Source: Actinomycetota bacterium (GTDB taxonomy: Bacteria > Actinomycetota > Acidimicrobiia > Spongiisociales > ZC4RG35). From it: a stretch of 48,916 nucleotides of DNA. Below the pieces are notes generated by a model. The model was not told where the DNA came from. It made no database searches and saw only the letters and a list, made by a program, of their open reading frames with translations. Both the position numbers and the translations under genes were made by a program. The stretch is from positions 23,547 to 72,462 of the forward strand of contig DAIOGO010000002.1 in the NCBI GenBank assembly GCA_036745195.1, given 5' to 3'. Of the stretch, positions 7,990-17,545 are shown piece by piece (within the stretch, counting starts at the first letter, position 1; each line of letters opens with the position of its first letter).

Positions 7990-10626
7990 ATGGTCACGAT
8001 CACCCGGTTGGACACCCCGCTCGGCTCACGCCAGATCGCCCCCCTCGCCGCCGTCGGCGACATCGATCGGCTTCCCTACTCGATCAGGATCCTCCTCGAG
8101 GCCGCTCTCCGCCATCACGGTGGCGGTCTCGTCTCGGATGACGACATCGCCGCCATCCGCCGATACGACCCCCACCATGTCGAGGAACGCGAGATCCCCT
8201 TCATTCCGGGGCGGGTGGTTCTGCAGGACTTCACCGGTGTCCCGGCAGTCGTGGATCTGGCGGCGATGCGGGCGGCCATCGTCCGCATGACCGGCAACCC
8301 GGCGAGCGCCGAGAAGGTCAACCCGGGGGTGCCGTGCGATCTGGTCGTCGACCACTCCGTTCAGGTCGACGCCTTTGGGGGGACCGACTCACTGGGCATC
8401 AACAGCCGCCTCGAATTCGAGCGCAACCGGGAGCGATACGAATTCCTCAAGTGGGGTCAGTCCGCCTTCCACAACTTTCGGGTGGTGCCGCCTGCCACCG
8501 GCATCGTCCACCAGGTCAACCTCGAATACCTGGCCAGAGTCGTCTGGGACGACGGCACCTGGCTCTTTCCCGACTCGCTGGTGGGGACGGACAGCCACAC
8601 CACCATGATCAATGGCCTCGGGGTGCTGGGGTGGGGTGTCGGCGGGATCGAAGCCGAGGCCGCCATGCTCGGTCAACCGATTTCCATGCTGCTGCCGGAG
8701 GTGGTCGGCTTCGAGCTCACAGGGCGCTTGGCCGATGGGGCGACCGCCACCGACCTCGTCCTCCGGGTCACCGAGATGTTGCGGGCCCATGGGGTGGTCG
8801 GCAAGTTCGTGGAGTTCCACGGGACCGGGCTCACCGATATGCCGCTCGCCAACCGGGCGACCATCGCCAACATGGCTCCCGAATACGGGGCCACCGTCGG
8901 GTTCTTCCCGGTCGACGAGCAGACCCTCCGGTACCTGCGCCTGACCGGGCGTCCCGAATCCCTGATCGAAACGGTCGAGCAGTACTGCAAGACCCAAGGC
9001 CTGTGGCTCGAGCCGGGCCGGCGGATCGAGTACGCCGCCGAACTGCACCTCGACATGTCGACGGTCGAGCCCTCGCTGGCCGGGCCGAGCCGGCCGCAGG
9101 ACCGAATCGACCTGTCGATGATGAAGTCGCAGTGGGAACAGGATCTCACCGGGAGGTTCGGGAAGGGGTCGCCTGCCGGGGACCATGTCGAGGTCGATTC
9201 CGAGGGATCGAAGTTCGAACTGGCCGACGGGGCAGTGGTCATCGCCGCCATCACGTCGTGCACCAACACCTCCAATCCCGACGTGATGATCGGGGCCGGG
9301 CTGGTGGCCCGCAACGCCCGCAAGCGCGGGATCGGCCGCAAACCGTGGGTGAAGACCTCGCTCGCCCCCGGCTCGCAAGTGGTGACCGAATACCTGAACG
9401 CGGCAGGGTTGACCGAGGATCTGGAGGCGGCCGGCTTCTTCACGGTCGGATACGGCTGCACCACCTGCATCGGCAACTCGGGCCCGCTCCCCCCCGAGAT
9501 CTCCGAAGCGATCAACGGCAACGGACTGGTGGCCGCCGCCGTCCTCTCCGGCAACCGGAACTTCGAAGGTCGGATCTCCCCGGATGTCAGGGCCAACTAC
9601 CTCGCCTCCCCCCCGCTGGTCGTCGCCTACGCGCTGGCCGGCACCGTCGACTGGGATCCGACTCACGAGCCTTTCCCCGGCACCGACGTGTATCTGCGGG
9701 ACGTGTGGCCCTCGGCCGCCGAGATCGACGAGATCGTCTCGTCCTCGGTGACCCGGGACCAGTTCGTCGACAAGTACGCCGACGTGTTCTCGGGTTCCAG
9801 GGAATGGAAAGAGATCGCCACCTCGGGAGGCGCCATCTACGACTGGAATCCCGACTCCACCTACATCCAGGAACCGCCGTTCTTCCAGGACCTCGGCCCG
9901 GAGGTGCACCCCATCACCGGCATCGAGGGAGCGAGGGCACTGGCCTGGTTGGGGGATTCGGTCACGACCGATCACATCTCCCCGGCAGGATCGATCAAGC
10001 CGGACTCCCCGGCCGGGACCTATCTGATCGATCAGGGTGTTCCGCGGGCCATGTTCAACTCGTACGGCTCCCGGCGGGGAAACGACCGGGTCATGACCCG
10101 CGGCACCTTCGCCAACATCAGGGTCCGCAACCTGCTCGCCCCGGGAACCGAGGGAGGATGGACCACCGACCTGCTCGATGGGAAAGTCAAGTCGATCTAC
10201 GACGCCTCCCTCCACTACCAGGCCGAAGGGGTGCCACTCGTCGTCCTGGCCGGCAAGGACTACGGCATGGGCTCCTCCCGCGACTGGGCCGCCAAGGGAA
10301 CATTCCTCCTCGGGGTGAAGGCCGTGATCGCCGAGAGCTTCGAGCGCATCCATCGATCCAATCTGGTGATGATGGGTGTTCTCCCTCTCGCCTTCCCGAC
10401 CGGGGCGACGGCCGCCACCCTTGGACTGGACGGCACCGAGGTCTACTCGGTCGAGATCGACGACGGGTTGTCACCTCGCCAGGAGGTCCCGGTCAGAGCG
10501 ACCAGATCGAACGGAGACACCGTCTCGTTCCTGGCTCGCTGCCGGGTGGAGACGCCGATCGAGATCGAATACCTCCGTCACGGCGGCATCCTCCACTACG
10601 TCCTGCGGGAGATGGCGACTCGCTAA
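7990..10626 (+). CDS. acnA: aconitate hydratase A
   Basis: 878 aa, aconitase/IRP-type throughout: [95 protein letters not shown]. Confidence 0.95.
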   Translation: MVTITRLDTPLGSRQIAPLAAVGDIDRLPYSIRILLEAALRHHGGGLVSDDDIAAIRRYDPHHVEEREIPFIPGRVVLQDFTGVPAVVDLAAMRAAIVRMTGNPASAEKVNPGVPCDLVVDHSVQVDAFGGTDSLGINSRLEFERNRERYEFLKWGQSAFHNFRVVPPATGIVHQVNLEYLARVVWDDGTWLFPDSLVGTDSHTTMINGLGVLGWGVGGIEAEAAMLGQPISMLLPEVVGFELTGRLADGATATDLVLRVTEMLRAHGVVGKFVEFHGTGLTDMPLANRATIANMAPEYGATVGFFPVDEQTLRYLRLTGRPESLIETVEQYCKTQGLWLEPGRRIEYAAELHLDMSTVEPSLAGPSRPQDRIDLSMMKSQWEQDLTGRFGKGSPAGDHVEVDSEGSKFELADGAVVIAAITSCTNTSNPDVMIGAGLVARNARKRGIGRKPWVKTSLAPGSQVVTEYLNAAGLTEDLEAAGFFTVGYGCTTCIGNSGPLPPEISEAINGNGLVAAAVLSGNRNFEGRISPDVRANYLASPPLVVAYALAGTVDWDPTHEPFPGTDVYLRDVWPSAAEIDEIVSSSVTRDQFVDKYADVFSGSREWKEIATSGGAIYDWNPDSTYIQEPPFFQDLGPEVHPITGIEGARALAWLGDSVTTDHISPAGSIKPDSPAGTYLIDQGVPRAMFNSYGSRRGNDRVMTRGTFANIRVRNLLAPGTEGGWTTDLLDGKVKSIYDASLHYQAEGVPLVVLAGKDYGMGSSRDWAAKGTFLLGVKAVIAESFERIHRSNLVMMGVLPLAFPTGATAATLGLDGTEVYSVEIDDGLSPRQEVPVRATRSNGDTVSFLARCRVETPIEIEYLRHGGILHYVLREMATR

Positions 10627-10668
10627 CAAGTCGACTGCCCGGGTTGCGGCTCATGGGTCGAGCGACCT

Positions 10669-11406
10669 ATGCTGTCACCCGCTAGGGGCACCAACGCCAA
10701 ACGAAGGGACGACAACCTCGTGCGCAGAGTGCCACCCCTCCTCATCCCGATCCTTCTGGCCGCCTGCTCCGGCACGGCCACCGGAGCCATCCCGGCCGGC
10801 GAGATGGTCAAGAAGGCCGCTCCGGCAGAAGCGGCGGTAGATGTCACCACGACCACGGTCGCCCCGGCAGTCACCACCACCACCGAACCGATGGAAATCT
10901 ACGAGCGACTCGGTGTGCTCGACGCCAGGGAAACCAGCCCTCCTCCCACCGGTCCCACCCGACCGGCGACACCCCCCGCCAGTCAGCCCGTTACGAAGAA
11001 CACCGGGACCACGGTGGTCCCGCCTTCCGCCCCCAAGCCGCTCGGCGGTTTCTCGGGGTCGATGGAGGGCCGGCTGGCGGCCGACATCAACGGGCTTCGG
11101 CAGAGCGTCGGGCTGGCCGGGCTGGCACGCAACGGAGACCTGGACGGGTATGCCCGCTGGTGGGCCAAGGAACTGGCTGGGGCGGGATCTCTCTCCCACT
11201 CCAACATCGGCGCCCTCCTCGGCCCGTGGAGCACCGTGGGCGAGAACGTTGCCTTCGGTGGTTCGACGAGCACCATCTTCTCGGCACTGGTCAACTCGCC
11301 GGGTCACTACGCCAACATGGTGGGAGCCGGCTTCACCACCTACGGGATCGGGGTCTATGTGGATGGGGCCGGAACCGTCTGGACCTGCCACGTATTCGCG
11401 GGCTGA
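10669..11406 (+). CDS. secreted/lipoprotein CAP (SCP/PR-1-like) domain protein
   Basis: The C-terminal 120 aa match the CAP/SCP pattern (GYARWWAKELAG...LSHSN, VGENVAFG, NSPGHYANM, TYGIGVY...WTCHVFAG). Lipobox LLAAC|SG. An alternative GTG start at 10720 would give a compact lipoprotein signal (VRRVPPLLIPILLAACSG). Confidence 0.7.
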   Translation: MLSPARGTNAKRRDDNLVRRVPPLLIPILLAACSGTATGAIPAGEMVKKAAPAEAAVDVTTTTVAPAVTTTTEPMEIYERLGVLDARETSPPPTGPTRPATPPASQPVTKNTGTTVVPPSAPKPLGGFSGSMEGRLAADINGLRQSVGLAGLARNGDLDGYARWWAKELAGAGSLSHSNIGALLGPWSTVGENVAFGGSTSTIFSALVNSPGHYANMVGAGFTTYGIGVYVDGAGTVWTCHVFAG

Positions 11407-11421
11407 CACGCCCGCCCGAGG

Positions 11422-12033
11422 TCAGTCGCCCCAATATCGCTGCTCACGGAACGGGTCGCCGTACATGTGGTAGCCGTTCCGCTCCCAGAAACCCGGCTCG
11501 TCATGGTCGAGGAAGCGAAGACCACGCACCCACTTGACCGACTTCCAGAAATAGAGGTGAGGAACCACCAGCCGCAACGGCCAGCCGTGCTCGGCCTCCA
11601 GCGTCTCGCCGCCGAAGGTATCGGCAAAGAGGTTGGGGGCAGCCAGGAAATCGGCCAGTGGGAGGTTGGCTGTGAAGCCGTGCTCGGCGAACACGAGCAC
11701 ATGGGACGCCTCCGGTCGAAGTCCGACGCGACCCATCACCTCCGCCACCGAAACCCCTTCCCAGCTGGTGTCCAGCTTCGACCACTTGGTCACACAATGG
11801 ATGTCGGCGGTGACCTGTGTCCTCGGCAGTTCCCCGAACTCTGCGTATGACCAGACGAGTGGCTCGTGCACCAGACCCTCGACCCGGAAATCCCAGCGGG
11901 TCAGGTCGACCTTCGGTGTCACTCCGGCGTGCAGCACTGGGAAGCGGTCGGTGAGGTACTGGCCGGGAGGGAGGCGGGCGGGGTCGATTCCAGCCGCCGC
12001 CAACTCGTCCTGCTTGCGTGAGAAGAACCCCAT
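11422..12033 (-). CDS. sulfite-oxidase-like molybdopterin-binding oxidoreductase (YedY/MsrP-fold, cytoplasmic type)
   Basis: 203 aa; DIHCVTKWSKLDTSWEGV and GWPLRLVVPHLYFWKSVKWV are characteristic of the Oxidored_molyb domain. No signal peptide. Confidence 0.75.
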   Translation of the reverse strand: MGFFSRKQDELAAAGIDPARLPPGQYLTDRFPVLHAGVTPKVDLTRWDFRVEGLVHEPLVWSYAEFGELPRTQVTADIHCVTKWSKLDTSWEGVSVAEVMGRVGLRPEASHVLVFAEHGFTANLPLADFLAAPNLFADTFGGETLEAEHGWPLRLVVPHLYFWKSVKWVRGLRFLDHDEPGFWERNGYHMYGDPFREQRYWGD

Positions 12034-12053
12034 TGCCGTACCCTATCCCTTCG

Positions 12054-12611
12054 ATGATGAACGACGAGGCGGCAGAGCCGTTACGAAACAGAACCGGACG
12101 CCTGACCCTGGTATTCCTGGCGCTCATCACCACCGGCCTGGCAGTCGGGGTCGGCCTCCTGCCGCCGGCCGAACGCGACGAAGCGGAGCTCCCCATGATC
12201 GGGCAACCGGCACCCGAAGTAGTCGTAGACCTCTTCACCGGGGGCGAGTGGCGCTTGTCCGAGCACCTCGCCGGAGGCGGCAGCCCGGTGCTGCTCAATC
12301 TGTGGGCTTCGTGGTGTGAGCCGTGCGAGGACGAGATACCCACCTTGTCCGACTTTGCTCTCGACCATCCCGAGTTGACGGTGGTGGGGGTGGCAGTACG
12401 CGACGATCGGGAGGCGGCCGCCGCTTTCGCCGAACGTCTCGCTCCCGCTTATCCGATGGGTTTCGATGCCGGGGGCCGGCTGCGCGACCGCTACGTCGGC
12501 TTCGGTCTGCCGGCGGTGTTCCTGATCGACTCCACCGGGATCGTCGTCGCACAACTCGAAGGGGGCGCCCAACGCGCCGACCTCGACCGTCTGACCGCCC
12601 TCCTCGGCTGA
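12054..12611 (+). CDS. TlpA/ResA-like thiol:disulfide oxidoreductase (thioredoxin fold, membrane anchored)
   Basis: WASWCEPCEDEIP is a CxxC active site, with an N-terminal TM segment (LTLVFLALITTGLAVGVGLL). I prefer the ATG at 12054. The track start GTG 12018 would overlap the divergent gene. Confidence 0.75.
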   Translation: MMNDEAAEPLRNRTGRLTLVFLALITTGLAVGVGLLPPAERDEAELPMIGQPAPEVVVDLFTGGEWRLSEHLAGGGSPVLLNLWASWCEPCEDEIPTLSDFALDHPELTVVGVAVRDDREAAAAFAERLAPAYPMGFDAGGRLRDRYVGFGLPAVFLIDSTGIVVAQLEGGAQRADLDRLTALLG

Positions 12612-12614
12612 CGA

Positions 12615-13271
12615 TCAGGCCGCCGCCAGCACGTACTCGAGGTTGGGCCCTTCGACCAATTCGGCCATCACGACCAACCGTTCCCGGGCGGAGCCGACCG
12701 GGTTGCAGGTGGTGAGGGTGAGCCAGGCGCCGTCCTTCGGCGCCGCCACCCAGACATCGGTCGGTTTGACGATCAACAGCTCCCTGACCGCGAACCGATG
12801 CGTACCGAGGGCGGTGTCGACCTCGATCTCGTCGCCGGACTCGAGGTCGTCGAGTGCGAAGAACGGTGCGCCATACGTGGTGCGATGCCCCGAGACAACC
12901 GAGTTGCCCGGCTGTCCCGGCACCGGTGTCCCGTCGAGATGTCCCGGCCCCCGTTTGAGGGTGGAGGTGGCGGTTCCCTCGAAGACAACCAGATCGAGGC
13001 CGAGGGTCGGGATGCGGAGCAATGCCAGCTCATCTCCCTCCTCCCCCGGCAGCTCCGGGAAGAGGACGGCGTCTGGTTGATCGATGGCCGTCTCGGGAGT
13101 CGGGAGCGACTGGGATCGAACCGACAGGGTGTCCTGGAAGGCGGCCCGCGCCTCCTGCTGCACGCCCCGATTGAGCAGATTGGTGGCGCCGACCTGGTAC
13201 CCGACGAACCCGAGCAGGAAGAAGCCGCTCCAGATCATCGTCCAGCCCAGCACCCGAATGGTCCACCGCAT
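12615..13271 (-). CDS. class E sortase
   Basis: 218 aa: N-terminal TM segment, VVSGHRTTYGAPF (catalytic His), TLTTCNP (catalytic Cys), and a downstream conserved-Arg region (SARERLVV). Confidence 0.85.
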   Translation of the reverse strand: MRWTIRVLGWTMIWSGFFLLGFVGYQVGATNLLNRGVQQEARAAFQDTLSVRSQSLPTPETAIDQPDAVLFPELPGEEGDELALLRIPTLGLDLVVFEGTATSTLKRGPGHLDGTPVPGQPGNSVVSGHRTTYGAPFFALDDLESGDEIEVDTALGTHRFAVRELLIVKPTDVWVAAPKDGAWLTLTTCNPVGSARERLVVMAELVEGPNLEYVLAAA

Positions 13272-13332
13272 CGATCGACAGGCTATCGGAGCGAACGAGC
13301 AAGTCGAGAGAGCCGGCGCCGGAGCCGGGAGA

Positions 13333-14100
13333 TCAGTGGTGGCTCCACCGCGGTTCGCGCCGTTCGACGAACGCCAGCACCCCTTCCCGCGAGTCCTCGG
13401 TGAGCGAGACCGCCGTCAATCCCGCCTGCAACCGATCGAGGGCGGCATCGAAGCCGAGATCCCGGGCTGCGTAGAAGGCGTCCCGTCCCAGCGCCAGCGT
13501 GACAGCGCTCTTGGCGATCAGGCTCGTCACGGTCTCGTCGACCGCCGCATCGAGTTGGTCGCGAGGCACCACCCTCGACACCGCACCCAGAGCCAGCGCC
13601 TCGTGCGGGGTGATGATCCTTCCGGTCATCATCAGCTCCAGAGCCGCCTTGGGCGGCATGGCGGTCCCCAGCACCGCCGAGATCATCATCGGCCACAAGC
13701 CAACATTGATCTCGGTCGTCCCGAGCTTGGCGTCTTCCACGCAGATGGTGATGTCACAGGCCACCGCCAATCCGAATCCGCCGGCCAGTGCGTGACCATT
13801 GACTCGTGCCACCGTGGGCTTGCCACCGCTTCGCATGATCCTGAACAGATCGGCCAGCGCCCCGCGGCGCCGGTGGAGGCCGATCGGATCGTCGACGAAG
13901 CCGGAGGAGAGGTCACCGCCGGCGGAGAAGGCCTTGTCTCCGGCTCCGGTGTAGACGAGGACTCTGACGGCCGGGTCGTCGATGGCGGCCCGGGTCATCT
14001 CGGCCAGGGAATCCATCGTGGCCGCCGACATCGGGTTGCGACGCTCCGGATCATCGATGGTGAGAGTGGCTCTGCCCTCTGCAACCCGATACTCGACCAC
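13333..14100 (-). CDS. enoyl-CoA hydratase/isomerase (crotonase) family protein
   Basis: Crotonase fold (TLTIDDPERRNPMS, YTGAGDKAFSAGGDL, ARVNGHALAGGFGLAVACD). GTG start at 14100 is preceded by GAGGAG at 5 nt. The longer track ORF (to 14238) has no support. Confidence 0.85.
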   Translation of the reverse strand: MVEYRVAEGRATLTIDDPERRNPMSAATMDSLAEMTRAAIDDPAVRVLVYTGAGDKAFSAGGDLSSGFVDDPIGLHRRRGALADLFRIMRSGGKPTVARVNGHALAGGFGLAVACDITICVEDAKLGTTEINVGLWPMMISAVLGTAMPPKAALELMMTGRIITPHEALALGAVSRVVPRDQLDAAVDETVTSLIAKSAVTLALGRDAFYAARDLGFDAALDRLQAGLTAVSLTEDSREGVLAFVERREPRWSHH

Positions 14101-14141
14101 ATCGACTCCTCTCGCTGCCGGGAACCTGGGATACTGGGCGC

Positions 14142-14726
14142 ATGGTATGGCTGCTGGTGGTCTTTTTTGTCGCGCTGGCCCTGGCGGTTTTTCGAGGCGG
14201 ACGACTCGGGAATCTGGCAGACATCCATCTGCGGGCATGGTGGCTTCTGCCGGTGGGGTTCCTCCTGCAGACGGTGGCGGGCTTCATCCCCAGGGACAAT
14301 GCCTCGATAGGAGTCGGCCTGATCCTCGTCTCCTACCTTCCCCTGCTGGCAATGGTGGCGCTCAACCGGCAGCGTCCCGGGATGTCGCTGATGGGTCTGG
14401 GGATTCTGATGAATTTCGCGGTGATCTCCCTCAACTCCGGCATGCCCGTTCTCAGCGAGGCGGCGGTGGTGGCTGCCGACTTCCAGCAGGATCCGGTGGT
14501 GGCCGAAGGCTACAAACACATCATTCTCGGGCCCGATACCGTGCTCCCGTTCCTGGCCGACGTGATACCCATCAGGCTCTTCGGTCAAGGTCAGGTCATC
14601 TCGCTCGGAGACGTGTTGCTGGCGGTGGGTCTGTCCGGTTTCATGCAGGCCGAGTTGCGACGCCCAGTGAGATGGTTCAAGCGGGGCGTCACCCTCCAGG
14701 GCGGTTCAGCCACCCGGCCCCAGTGA
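14142..14726 (+). CDS. polytopic membrane protein, DUF5317-like
   Basis: 194 aa with several hydrophobic helices. The N-terminus MVWLLVVFFVALALAVFRGGRLGNLADIHLRAWWLL resembles my recollection of the DUF5317 family. Its stop lies 2 nt from the stop of the convergent HD-domain gene. Confidence 0.55.
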   Translation: MVWLLVVFFVALALAVFRGGRLGNLADIHLRAWWLLPVGFLLQTVAGFIPRDNASIGVGLILVSYLPLLAMVALNRQRPGMSLMGLGILMNFAVISLNSGMPVLSEAAVVAADFQQDPVVAEGYKHIILGPDTVLPFLADVIPIRLFGQGQVISLGDVLLAVGLSGFMQAELRRPVRWFKRGVTLQGGSATRPQ

Positions 14727-14728
14727 CC

Positions 14729-15982
14729 TCAGCGGGCCACCGGGTGATGGACACCCCCGACCCGCTCCAACCGACTGCGGAGGGCGGCGACCACCGCGGG
14801 GTCGAAATCGTCGGACGTTCCCCGCTGCAGGTCGTCCAGGACCTCCGGCACCGATCGCCCTCGTTCCGTGCCACGGATGAACGCCCCCACCACCCGAACT
14901 ATCCGAGGCAACGACCCCAGCGTCGGGTCGACCGATCCCCCCGGGCTCCGATAGGCGTCGTACTGGCGGCGAACCGCGTCTCTCACCTCACCGAGATAGC
15001 TGGACTGTCCAAGCACCTCGGCCCCCCAACGGGCGATGTCGAAGTCGGTGTAACCACCATGGGCAATGCCTGGCTCATTGAGGGCCACCAGACCCACCTC
15101 GTGCATGAGGGAGGCATGCTCCGCTCCGTCGACCCGGCGCGGGTCGAGCCCCAGATCGAGGGCCAGTTGACGCCCCAGCCGCCCGGCCGCCAGTGCATGA
15201 CCTGGTGCGGCATGGCCCGCCACCTCGGGAATCTGGGCGAGAGCCCGCAACGTCTGCTCGTAGGTGCTCTTGGTGTTGCGGAAGCGGGCGAGCGCGGTGT
15301 GGGTGAAGGAGTAGGGAAGGATCGACACGACCAATGCCCACCAGCCCACGTATCCGAAGCTGAGACCGAACAAGGCTCCGGCGCCGGTGATGGCGAGGAA
15401 CGAGTCGGCATCACCCAGCACCCGGAGGACCCGGTACCTGATCCCGCCCCGGTCGCGCCCGGCCACGGCCACCGACGCCCACACCAGCTCGAACAGGAAG
15501 ACGCCGATGGCGGCAACGACGAACAGCAACGTTCGCGGCCAGCCCACCGTGGCGGAGCCGAAGATGGGGGTCGATCTCAGCCCGGCGACCAGCTCGACGT
15601 ACACCGTATAGGTCAACAAAGCCTGCACCATCACCGGAATGAGGGTGCGCTGATCCCGCCCCCGAATCGCCGATACGAGCCAAACGACCCCGAGCCCACC
15701 GAGCCCGACTGCGATGGTGGCGGCCCGATCGAACAGCCAGTCGCCATCGACCAGCAACAGCGGGATCGCCGCTCCCACCCCGTGCGCCACCGTTCGTGAA
15801 GCCCCGCTTCGGGTGGGAATCGTGATCGCCGACCCGATCGCAACCGCGGCGATGGCAATCAGGGCGGCATCCCATCCGGTGTCGGACCGGCCCATCAGAA
15901 ACCAGGCTCCGACCAGCGTGGCGGGCGCCGCCACACCCGAGAGGACCCATACCCACGGTGCGGTCTGACTCCTATCAGCCAC
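14729..15982 (-). CDS. multi-pass membrane protein with degenerate HD-GYP-related C-terminal domain (HD replaced by HE)
   Basis: The C-terminal domain aligns with the upstream paralog (GHALAAGRLGRQLALDLGL vs GHTERVAEFCRLIGEEL; LMHEVGLVAL vs LIHDMGKLAV) but lacks the Asp of the HD dyad. Proposed GTG start at 15982 overlaps the upstream stop (GTGGCTGA). The track start at 16063 is less likely. Confidence 0.6.
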   Translation of the reverse strand: MADRSQTAPWVWVLSGVAAPATLVGAWFLMGRSDTGWDAALIAIAAVAIGSAITIPTRSGASRTVAHGVGAAIPLLLVDGDWLFDRAATIAVGLGGLGVVWLVSAIRGRDQRTLIPVMVQALLTYTVYVELVAGLRSTPIFGSATVGWPRTLLFVVAAIGVFLFELVWASVAVAGRDRGGIRYRVLRVLGDADSFLAITGAGALFGLSFGYVGWWALVVSILPYSFTHTALARFRNTKSTYEQTLRALAQIPEVAGHAAPGHALAAGRLGRQLALDLGLDPRRVDGAEHASLMHEVGLVALNEPGIAHGGYTDFDIARWGAEVLGQSSYLGEVRDAVRRQYDAYRSPGGSVDPTLGSLPRIVRVVGAFIRGTERGRSVPEVLDDLQRGTSDDFDPAVVAALRSRLERVGGVHHPVAR

Positions 15983-17375
15983 TGCGGATCTCCGACAACT
16001 CGGCCCGCTCCCACTGACCGAGGGTGGGCTGACCGAAGACCCTCCCCGATTGCCCGATCGCATGGCGAAGGGCCTCGATGACGTCCTTGTCGTACAAGGG
16101 CGAGCTGTTCTCGAGGAGGGCTTCGAATGCCGAGTTCTGCGGCATCGACATCCGGTAGGTGCGGGAACTCGTCATCGCGTCGAAGGCGTCGGCCACAGCC
16201 AGCACCCGCTGTTCCAGGGTCGGGTCTGCCGTGTGCCTGTGGTGCAACTGACCGAATTCCTCGTGCTCCAGCCGGGGATGGCACCCGGAGGTGATGTCGA
16301 CCATCGGCTCCAGGAAGTCGACCTCGCTGAGCAGGTCATCCACCCGATGGGAATGCTGCCTGAGCAAACGGTATTCCTCGTCCGACAGCGTGCCCTGCTT
16401 GCTGAGGAGTTCGGCCGGGACAGCCAGCTTGCCCATGTCGTGGATCAGAGCCGCCCACCGCATCCGCTCCATCTGGGTGCCGGTGAAACGCAGCTCCTCG
16501 CCGATCAGACGGCAGAACTCGGCGACACGTTCGGTGTGTCCCCGGGTGTAGAGGTCCCGTGTCTCGAGGGTCTTGACGAAGCCTTTGAGAGAGTCCTCGT
16601 GCGCCTGTCGGAGCCTGGAGTATGACGTGTAGACGAGGTGGCCGATCACATAGACCCCCAGCACCAGCGGGATAAGCGGTGACCCGGCCGGGCGGTCGGA
16701 TACGCCGGGTGCGCTCGAGAGCAGCAACGCCCCCAACATGCCGCCCAGAAACCCCATCAAGAGCTGAACGAACCCCAAGGACGACATCCGTGACCACGGG
16801 AGCAGGTTCTCGGTGCCGAAGGCGACACTCACGGCAAACCGCACCAGCCCCAGATTCAAGACGGTGTAGACGAGCGCGGCGGCACTTCCGGCGATGGCCA
16901 CCTGGAGCATGTTGTTCTCCGAGATCTGCGTTCCGGCGAGATCCACCAGCAGCCGGTCGAGCACCAGGCCCGCCGTCGAGGCGGACACCGCGATCTGGCC
17001 GAAGTTGGAGAACGGCTGGAATACCCGGCGGTTGCGGATGTCACCCGGTCCGATGAGCCCGGCGGCACCGATCAACATCATCGCCGGCACCGCACTGCCC
17101 GATTGAAGCGAGAACACGACGCCACCCGTGAAGAGCGGCATCACCCCCGAGCTCATCTTCCACCGGTCGTTGACTTCCACCGCCTTCAACTCGAGAACCA
17201 GGAAGGCGATTCCGAAGAAGAGCGCCGATGCCCAGTCGAAGCCGGCGGGAGGTGGCCGCCACACCAGCATCGCGATCATCGCCGTTGCCCCGAAGACGCT
17301 GTAGATCGAACCGATCAGCAGACGGCCACGTTTCCGGCGGTGAGAGATTCCAGTGGCAAGGGTCACGTCGGCCAA
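15975..17375 (-). CDS. multi-pass membrane HD-domain phosphohydrolase (HD-GYP-related signalling protein)
   Basis: 466 aa: about 240 aa of TM helices, then RDLYTRGHTERVAEF...ALIHDMGKLAVP...LAVADAFDAMTSSRTYR, the HD-GYP superfamily pattern. A literal GYP motif is not visible. TTG start at 17375, or GTG 9 nt downstream. Confidence 0.75.
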   Translation of the reverse strand: MADVTLATGISHRRKRGRLLIGSIYSVFGATAMIAMLVWRPPPAGFDWASALFFGIAFLVLELKAVEVNDRWKMSSGVMPLFTGGVVFSLQSGSAVPAMMLIGAAGLIGPGDIRNRRVFQPFSNFGQIAVSASTAGLVLDRLLVDLAGTQISENNMLQVAIAGSAAALVYTVLNLGLVRFAVSVAFGTENLLPWSRMSSLGFVQLLMGFLGGMLGALLLSSAPGVSDRPAGSPLIPLVLGVYVIGHLVYTSYSRLRQAHEDSLKGFVKTLETRDLYTRGHTERVAEFCRLIGEELRFTGTQMERMRWAALIHDMGKLAVPAELLSKQGTLSDEEYRLLRQHSHRVDDLLSEVDFLEPMVDITSGCHPRLEHEEFGQLHHRHTADPTLEQRVLAVADAFDAMTSSRTYRMSMPQNSAFEALLENSSPLYDKDVIEALRHAIGQSGRVFGQPTLGQWERAELSEIRSG

Positions 17376-17451
17376 CCGATCTGAGTACCGACTGGGTCAA
17401 GGTCCGCTGGTCGAGGATGGAGTGGGGGTGAGAGATCGCCCGGCAAGTCAG

Positions 17452-17541
17452 TCAACCGATCCGCGAGTTCGCCGAGGCGGCGACGATCATCGTCGCCAGG
17501 CTACCGACGGTTGTGATGAATCTTGCAATCTTGGTCTTCAT
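17452..17541 (-). CDS. candidate 29-codon sORF (MKTKIARFITTVGSLATMIVAASANSRIG), hydrophobic/signal-peptide-like
   Basis: My own translation; the ORF is below the track cut-off. The ATG is preceded by AGGTGA at 7-nt spacing, and 23 of the 28 codons after the ATG end in G/C. It lies 76 nt upstream of, and co-oriented with, the HD-domain gene pair. Confidence 0.35.
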   Translation of the reverse strand: MKTKIARFITTVGSLATMIVAASANSRIG

Positions 17542-17545
17542 CCGC

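Noticed and set aside
8334-10685. Very long alternative-frame and antisense ORFs inside acnA (8334..10685 +, 783 aa; 8389..10353 -, 654 aa)
   Set aside because: Their translations are Arg/Gly/Pro/His-rich low-complexity sequence typical of off-frame reading in GC-rich DNA. They fully overlap a gene with unmistakable aconitase motifs.
13084-15799. Long ORFs 13084..14310 (+) and 13982..15799 (+) spanning the crotonase, DUF5317-like and HD-domain genes
   Set aside because: Shadow ORFs with Arg/Gly/Pro-rich composition and no motifs. The regions are explained by better-supported genes on the appropriate strand or frame.
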